From: Eledone cirrhosa
Taxonomy: Eukaryota
Length of the DNA stretch: 64,000 nucleotides
Direction of reading: 5' to 3'
NCBI GenBank assembly: GCA_964016885.1
Contig: OZ024741.1
Coordinates: 109,058,001-109,122,000 of the forward strand
Made by a program: the position numbers and the translations under genes. Each line of letters starts with the position of its first letter. Positions within the stretch are counted from its first letter, which is position 1. Under the pieces are notes generated by a model. That model saw only the letters and a list, made by a program, of their open reading frames with translations, was not told the origin of the DNA and did no database searches. Shown one piece after another: positions 58,080 through 64,000 of this stretch.

Positions 58080-58690
58080 CTAGCCGAATTACCGGCGCCT
58101 TGCTGCGTTTCACACATTTTTTTATGAGAAAATGATGATTGATTTTAAATCAGTGATATAATTTATGGAGAAAAAATAACGGGAAAATGTTAAAAAAGTA
58201 GAGGCATTAACTAATAAATTTTGTTGTCATAATTCTACTGATGTTTTGTCACAGATAAAATGTCTAAATAAGCCAAATTTTACTATAAAAGAGAGGTGTA
58301 TTTTTTTGTTGATTTACGTTTAATTAATAGAAAAACCCAGTGATAATAGAGCTTCAAATACTCAAGTTATAGGCTTCCAAAAATGTTCACTATAGGGGGT
58401 TTATCCCCATTAGGGTGTCTTAATATTATTGAAATTTGCTGAAATTTTGTGAATAGACATATCTTGTCATTTACCTATGGTTTAAATTTAATATAAATCA
58501 AAGAGAAAAAATGTTCAGTGGGGGTTTGTGACCCCGGGGAACCCTTTGATTAAAATGAAATATACTTATCCAAGAACCCTGGGCAATGTAGTTTCAGAAT
58601 ATATATGGTTATGGGGCCTATCTCCCAAACCATAGGAGGAGTTCGTGAACAAACAAACAAAAAGACAGCAACTACAATTTATTGTTATAT
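58080..58690 (-). mobile_element. Non-autonomous Helitron-like element
   Basis: Minus strand ends '...cgcagcaaggcgccggtaattcggCTAG|t'; the other end has an (ACAA)n-like tract. Boundary approximate. Confidence 0.5.
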
Positions 58691-58916
58691 TTTGGGAGGG
58701 TCATGCTGACAATAAAAACACACGCACATGTTGGTTTTCAACTCCTTATAAATTTTCAATTTATTATAAATTTGCGGTTGATTTGTTCAATAACCGGATG
58801 GTTATTTATATATCGTCACACTTTCTGTTACCTCCTGAGTGACTTATTTCTTATTTTCTGTTTCTCCTTTGCTCTGTCCTACTTGTTTTTGTGTGTTGTG
58901 TGCACACAACACCGTT

Positions 58917-58953
<37 letters not shown>

Positions 58954-59610
58954 ATTCCCACACACGGGAATAAGCGGGCAAAGGAGATATATATGCGTGT
59001 ATGTGTTTCTATAAACTTGGGTTTGTGTGTAGATTATATTCATAATACACCAATGAGGTACAACATTCCGTATGAACACCCACCGATTACATATGTTTCC
59101 TCAGCACCACCAACTACAACAACAATTAAACCCACACGTTTATGTTTCCTTTGATCTTTGTTGTAAGGGTTTATATAATTTCCTTTCCCAACAAGAACAC
59201 AGACGTCAATCTCCTTGATAGCAGTAACTAAAATAGAAAATTGTGAACGAATAAACGAATAAATAAACATAAGTAAATAAATAAATAGATAAATAAATAA
59301 ATAAAAAGACCCACCTTCCACGAAATCTCTGCTTGAAACGTCAACACGTTTAGCTGACTGTTGAAAAATCGCAGCTGCAAATTATTTTCCAATAACATTA
59401 CCTCCATTAAATATATATTAAATGGTATCGTTGCTAATGTTGATTGACTTAATATTTTCCAACTCCGTATTGTTCAATGAGTTTTATTGCCTTCTTCTTT
59501 ACAACAGTGCCACGAAAATTACAAGAGATAGCTTTTCTTTTTTAATTTTATAGAAACATGACTTTCATTGTAATGTATTGTATGTGTGTTTATATATATA
59601 TATATGTATA

Positions 59611-59815
59611 TAGGAAAAGAGTCAGAACCCGGACGGCAGAGCTAAAGCCGTTTCGACAGCTATTTCTTGACTCAAATTCAGTCCAGAAATAGCTGTCGAA
59701 ACGGCTTGAGCACTGCCGTCGGAGTTCTGACTCTTTTCCTATTACCCTCTCTATCCATATCGTGTACTCTGGTGCGTTATGGTCCACCTGGTTCCTTACC
59801 ACACTTCCTTCGTTA
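59611..59815 (+). mobile_element. Family B fold-back retaining only the 3' half of an HHR
   Basis: Arms 59611-59741 (centre ~59676); 'gctgtc-GAAA-cggc...gccg-TC-ggag'; the CTGANGA part is missing. Confidence 0.65.
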
Positions 59816-59869
<54 letters not shown>

Positions 59870-59870
<1 letters not shown>

Positions 59871-61179
59871 TAAAGTTAAATAAAAGTCAAATGATTAAAA
59901 TTTAGCTTCGTTTATTACTGCTATATATATTTCAGTGACAGCCATCTTTGGCTGTGACCTCTTCAGGCAGTTTGAATTAGTATGGTATAGACAAGTACAT
60001 ATGTTGTTTAGGTGTATGATATTGTCAATACTCTGATATGCCCAGTTCCTTGTTGGGTTGTTAATTCACTGGGGAACTGGAGTCATATGAATTCAAACAA
60101 ACGAATTTTCGTGTCACAGGTCCCCTTCTCCTCTCATTGGTCAGTTATTAGAACATTCCTCATTCTAAGTGTTGTTATTGTTGGAGTTAGCTTAAAAATT
60201 GATAAAATGGTAGAAGCGACAAGGTGTTAGAGGAACAAAATAACAAAAAAAGTGTCAAACTTCCCATTGTTCAGTTCTGAGAGCATTCCTCAGTCAGAAG
60301 TCTATAGAATTCTTTCTGGGGTGAGGCTCCCTGTAGTGTTTTTGCCTGCTATTGTTCAGTACATTTGACCTCCACCATTATTTTGGTACTCTTGTTGTTG
60401 TAGTGGTCAGCTTATATCTTGCTGCTGCTAACAATTTAGAAGTATCCAGTTTGTGTTTTCTCTTCATCCCTCCCGCCACCATCGTAGTGGTGGTGGGGGG
60501 GGGGGGGGGGAGTTCTTTCATGTATATGAAGAAATATAAGGCAATAAATGAAGAAAACAGAAAATAAATAAATAATATAATAAAATAAAATAATTAATAT
60601 AATTTGTGTAATTTGAAAATAAATAAATAAATAGAGAATAAAGAATAAAGAGTAAATGAGAGATTGGTGAAAAAGTAATGATAATGTATATGGAGAAGTG
60701 AGAAATAATGTAGGATAAAGTGTGTGTGTGTGTGTGCTATAACCAATCTCAAGGTCAGAATATGTTGGATAGATTGGTATGATACAAGATGTTAAGATGA
60801 GATATTCAATGTGTTTGTGTTATAATCTATCTCAACTTAAAATAAATATAAGGTGATACAGTGAAGAGGGCAGAAAACAAATAACAAATTAATAAAGAGA
60901 CATCAAGATATAAGATTGGAACTTGAAAGTCAGAAATCTGGTAAATTAAAAGTGTTTGTGTTATAGATGTTGGCCAAATTATTATGGCTGTGTCCGATTC
61001 TATCTCTAGGCTATCATGGTGTCTGCTCCGCCTGGGTTGTTCCCTATGGCTTGAGGGGAGTTCACAACCTAGGATGTTGTTATTGCCTATATAACTTGAG
61101 GGAGGTCTGGCCGAGAGGTGTTTTCATGTTCTGTAGAAGTCCCTATAGCTTGAGGGGAGTTCACATCTTCTTGTGTTGC
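59870..61179 (-). mobile_element. Inverted pseudo-LTR (probable 3' UTR plus HHR) of the adjacent Naiad-type PLE
   Basis: 59870-59914 is the reverse complement of 61180-61224, the 5' end of the PLE. Starts at (TA)n. Confidence 0.7.
59917..59971 (-). ncRNA. Type I hammerhead ribozyme of the PLE pseudo-LTR
   Basis: actgc-CTGAAGA-ggtcacagcca aaga tggctgtcact-GAAA-tatata-TA-gcagt. Confidence 0.85.
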
Positions 61180-64000
61180 TAAACGAAGCTAAATTTTAAT
61201 CATTTGACTTTTATTTAACTTTATTTTACACTACTCCTGAGTAACCAAACCAACCTGCGTACTTCGTCGAGTGCTCCAGCCTGCATACTGAGGTGTTGGT
61301 ATACAACCAACATAAACTCAAAATCTATCTAGCTCCCACACGGGTTGAGCGCTTCAAACAGTAGCGGACCTAAGTCACTATGGATAAACTGGCAACCTTA
61401 GCGTCACTGAAGGACATCCCCCTACCTGATAAACGAGAATACACCAGTGATCTCATCAAGAGTACGGACTCCCTCATCCGTAGGATGAGATGGAAGGCGT
61501 TCCACTTCGAAAGAGGAACGCAGAAAACTACAAACACAGAAAACATGGAGAACCTTTTTCGATCAAGGAGGAATCCCCCCCCCCCCACAACAGACTAATG
61601 GAGGAGTTTGAAAACGAGATGATTAACATCATATCCAACCTCAAATTCTCCGGAAACCCAACCAGAAGTCAGGAGTACCTCAGACACCTGAGAAACCGGA
61701 TTACAGTACTTAAAGGGACAACTGGAATACTTGTCCATGCTGACAAAACAAACAACCTCTACAACATGAACACTGAACTTTACAATAAGCTAATCCTCAG
61801 GGAACTGAGGAAGTGCTACAAAAAAACACCTGGATTTACCCTGGATGAGATCAATGCCACAGCTTACAGGATTATATCCAGAAACGGCATAGAGGACAGG
61901 ACGGCCCCATACCAACCAAGGGAGCCGCGGATTACCAGTAAAGACCACAAGTCAAACTTTGAGTCCGACCTCCCTGTCAGACTAATAGCCCCCTCCAGAT
62001 CTGACCTAGGGATCGTCAGTAAAAGAATACTGGACAGGATTTTGCCCAAGCTTCGGAAGAAAACCAAATTACAGCAAAGGTCATGCACGAGAGAAGTAAT
62101 AGAATGGTTCAAAATACTGCATGAGAAAAGTAGGACCAGCTTTATACAACTGGACATCGCAAGCTACTACTCCTCAATCTCACCCATAGTACTTAATAAG
62201 GCCCTATTTTTAGCGATGTCCAATACGGACCTAACCCGAGAGGAGGTGAGCACCATCCACGCCGCAAGAAAGACCTTAATCCGCTTCGATGGAGACCTTT
62301 GGACCAGGAGTGATTGGCCAAATAACTTTGACATCACGATGGGCTCCAGTGCCTCAGCGCAGGTAACGGACCTGGTTGGGCTCTACCTGCTGAAGCAGAT
62401 AAAAGATGAAATCCCCTGCCTGGGCGGCGGATTATATCGTGACGATGCTCTATTCACAGTACATGACCGCAGCACCAATATGTTGGAGGGTATGAGGAGG
62501 CGTATTAGCCATTTCTTTAAGAACCAGGGGCTCAGCATAGAAATAAACCCAAATAGGAAGGTAGTTAACTTCCTAGACACCACCCTAAACCTGAACACCG
62601 AGCAATACTACCCCTACCACAAGCCCAACGAGAAACTAGTATATGTTAACGCCAAATCAAACCACCCTAGATCCATAACCAAGGCAGTGGTGAAGAGTGT
62701 CTCGGACAGGATCTCCAGCCTGTCCGCAAGTAAGGAAATATTCAAAAACCACGCGGAATATTACAACGCAGCTCTAAAGAAGGCGGCACATGGAGAAAAT
62801 ATAACATATAGTCCGAAAAGCCGGGAGGTGGATAGCCCAACAGACACCCACAACCGCGTTGCCAGAGGGGGGGAGGGCGAACCCTAACAATACAGGCAGA
62901 GCAGAATCAAATAGGCACCATGTACCAGACACCACCACACGGGCGTTGGGGACTAGTGCGCTTGACCACGAGATGGAGCACAATATGAGTAGCAGTCTCA
63001 GGCGTGATGCTAACTACCCCAGGACGGACAACCCCAACCGCAGGACACGTGGGGGGAACGGGCGATCACCCCACGATGGATCTCCCGGGGCGGACAACAA
63101 CCACCCCACAAATCCGGGCCACGAAGATAACAAAAAGTATAGAGCCCAAAAGGGAAGCAACAGTGCGGAAACCACCAGCAAACCAACAAATCTCCTACAA
63201 ATCACGAAGCCCCCAACCCACACATATAGGAGGAGACACCGACAAATCACGTGGTACAACCCACCCTACTCAGCGGCCCTAAAGAAAAGTTTGGCCCGAT
63301 TATTCTTTGGAGCACTTGACAAATGCTTCCCGAGGGACCACAGATACCACAGGATCTTCAACAGACACACTGTGAAGCTTTCGTATTCCACCACGAGAAA
63401 TTTGGCCCAACACATAGCTAGCATCAACAGAAGTAGGCTTAAAAACCACACACAACCAGAAGATGGCAATACAAACACTCAGCAGAACCATGTGAAAGGA
63501 GGGAAGGGGGGACCCAGAGCCCACCCAAGAAACACAAACAGACCCAAGGACCCCCCACCGAGCATGGGGGAAGACCAACATGTAACACATAATGAGAACC
63601 CTAATCTAGGCACGCAGAGGCCGACCAGCCTCTGCAACTGTAGAAACCCAGAATCATGCCCCCTTGGTAATGAATGTCTCAAGAAGAACATAGTGAACGG
63701 TTGTAGGGTTAAAACCCCCAACTCCGAGCACCTCTACATAGGAGCCACATCAACGAGCTTTAAGGACCGCTGGTACAACCATCGCCATTCATTCAAGAAG
63801 GAGGCCAAAAGGAAAAGCACAGCTCTCTCCGACCTGATCTGGAAGCTTAAGCTGGACAGGACCCCATACTCTCTGGCCTGGTACATAATCAGGAAAGTAC
63901 CACCCGATAAAGGGGGATGTTGCATATGCAAACTATGCCTGAACGAGACCCTCGAGATACTAAGAGTGGAAGCGGCCTAATAAACCTCAGAACCGACTTC
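61180..64000 (+). mobile_element. Penelope-like retrotransposon, Naiad-type (RT + GIY-YIG), runs off the window end
   Basis: 'RRMRWKAFHF', 'ADKTNN', 'KDHK', 'DIASYYSSI', 'MGS', 'YRDD', 'VNFLD', 'YVNAKSNHP', 'WYNPPYS', 'CNCR...CPL...C', 'YIGAT', 'CKLCLNE'. Confidence 0.88.
61380..63980 (+). CDS. PLE polyprotein (reverse transcriptase + GIY-YIG endonuclease), split by frameshifts
   Basis: ORFs 61380-61598, 61490-62887 and 62859-63980 join at a C-run (~61575) and a G-run (~62870). A third shift near 63970 restores 'GLINLRTD'. Confidence 0.8.

Noticed and set aside
61380-64000. Selenocysteine recoding, reported for some Naiad PLEs
   Set aside because: ORF breaks here are frameshifts, not in-frame UGA codons; no SECIS identified by eye.

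Overview
AT-rich, microsatellite-dense eukaryotic (animal) DNA; the repeat content resembles an octopus/cephalopod genome, which is an inference only. Almost all short ORFs are artefacts of (TA)n, (CA)n, (GA)n or (ATT)n tracts. Recognisable coding remnants: a degraded R4/Dong RLE LINE (~820-4790, minus), a Tx1/L1-like 3' end, several RTE and CR1/L2-type fragments, GIY-YIG Penelope-like element (PLE) fragments, and a near full-length, frameshifted Naiad-type PLE (61180 to window end) with an inverted, hammerhead-bearing pseudo-LTR. There are also many tRNA-derived SINEs, three Helitron-like non-autonomous elements, and scattered decayed exons of an ADAM10/Kuzbanian-like metalloprotease on the minus strand. 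The most striking signal is non-coding. More than 20 type I hammerhead ribozyme (HHR) motifs from about a dozen different sequence families sit in short ORF-less elements inserted at (TA)n tracts. Several occur as more-than-unit-length, circularly permuted monomers (~300-320, ~355, ~429, ~540 nt) and/or as long fold-back palindromes. This looks like a diverse retrozyme-like (circular RNA) system, plausibly mobilised by the Penelope-type RT/GIY-YIG machinery in the same window. All alignments and folds were done by eye; ribozyme activity, RNA circularity and the mobilising partner are inferences.
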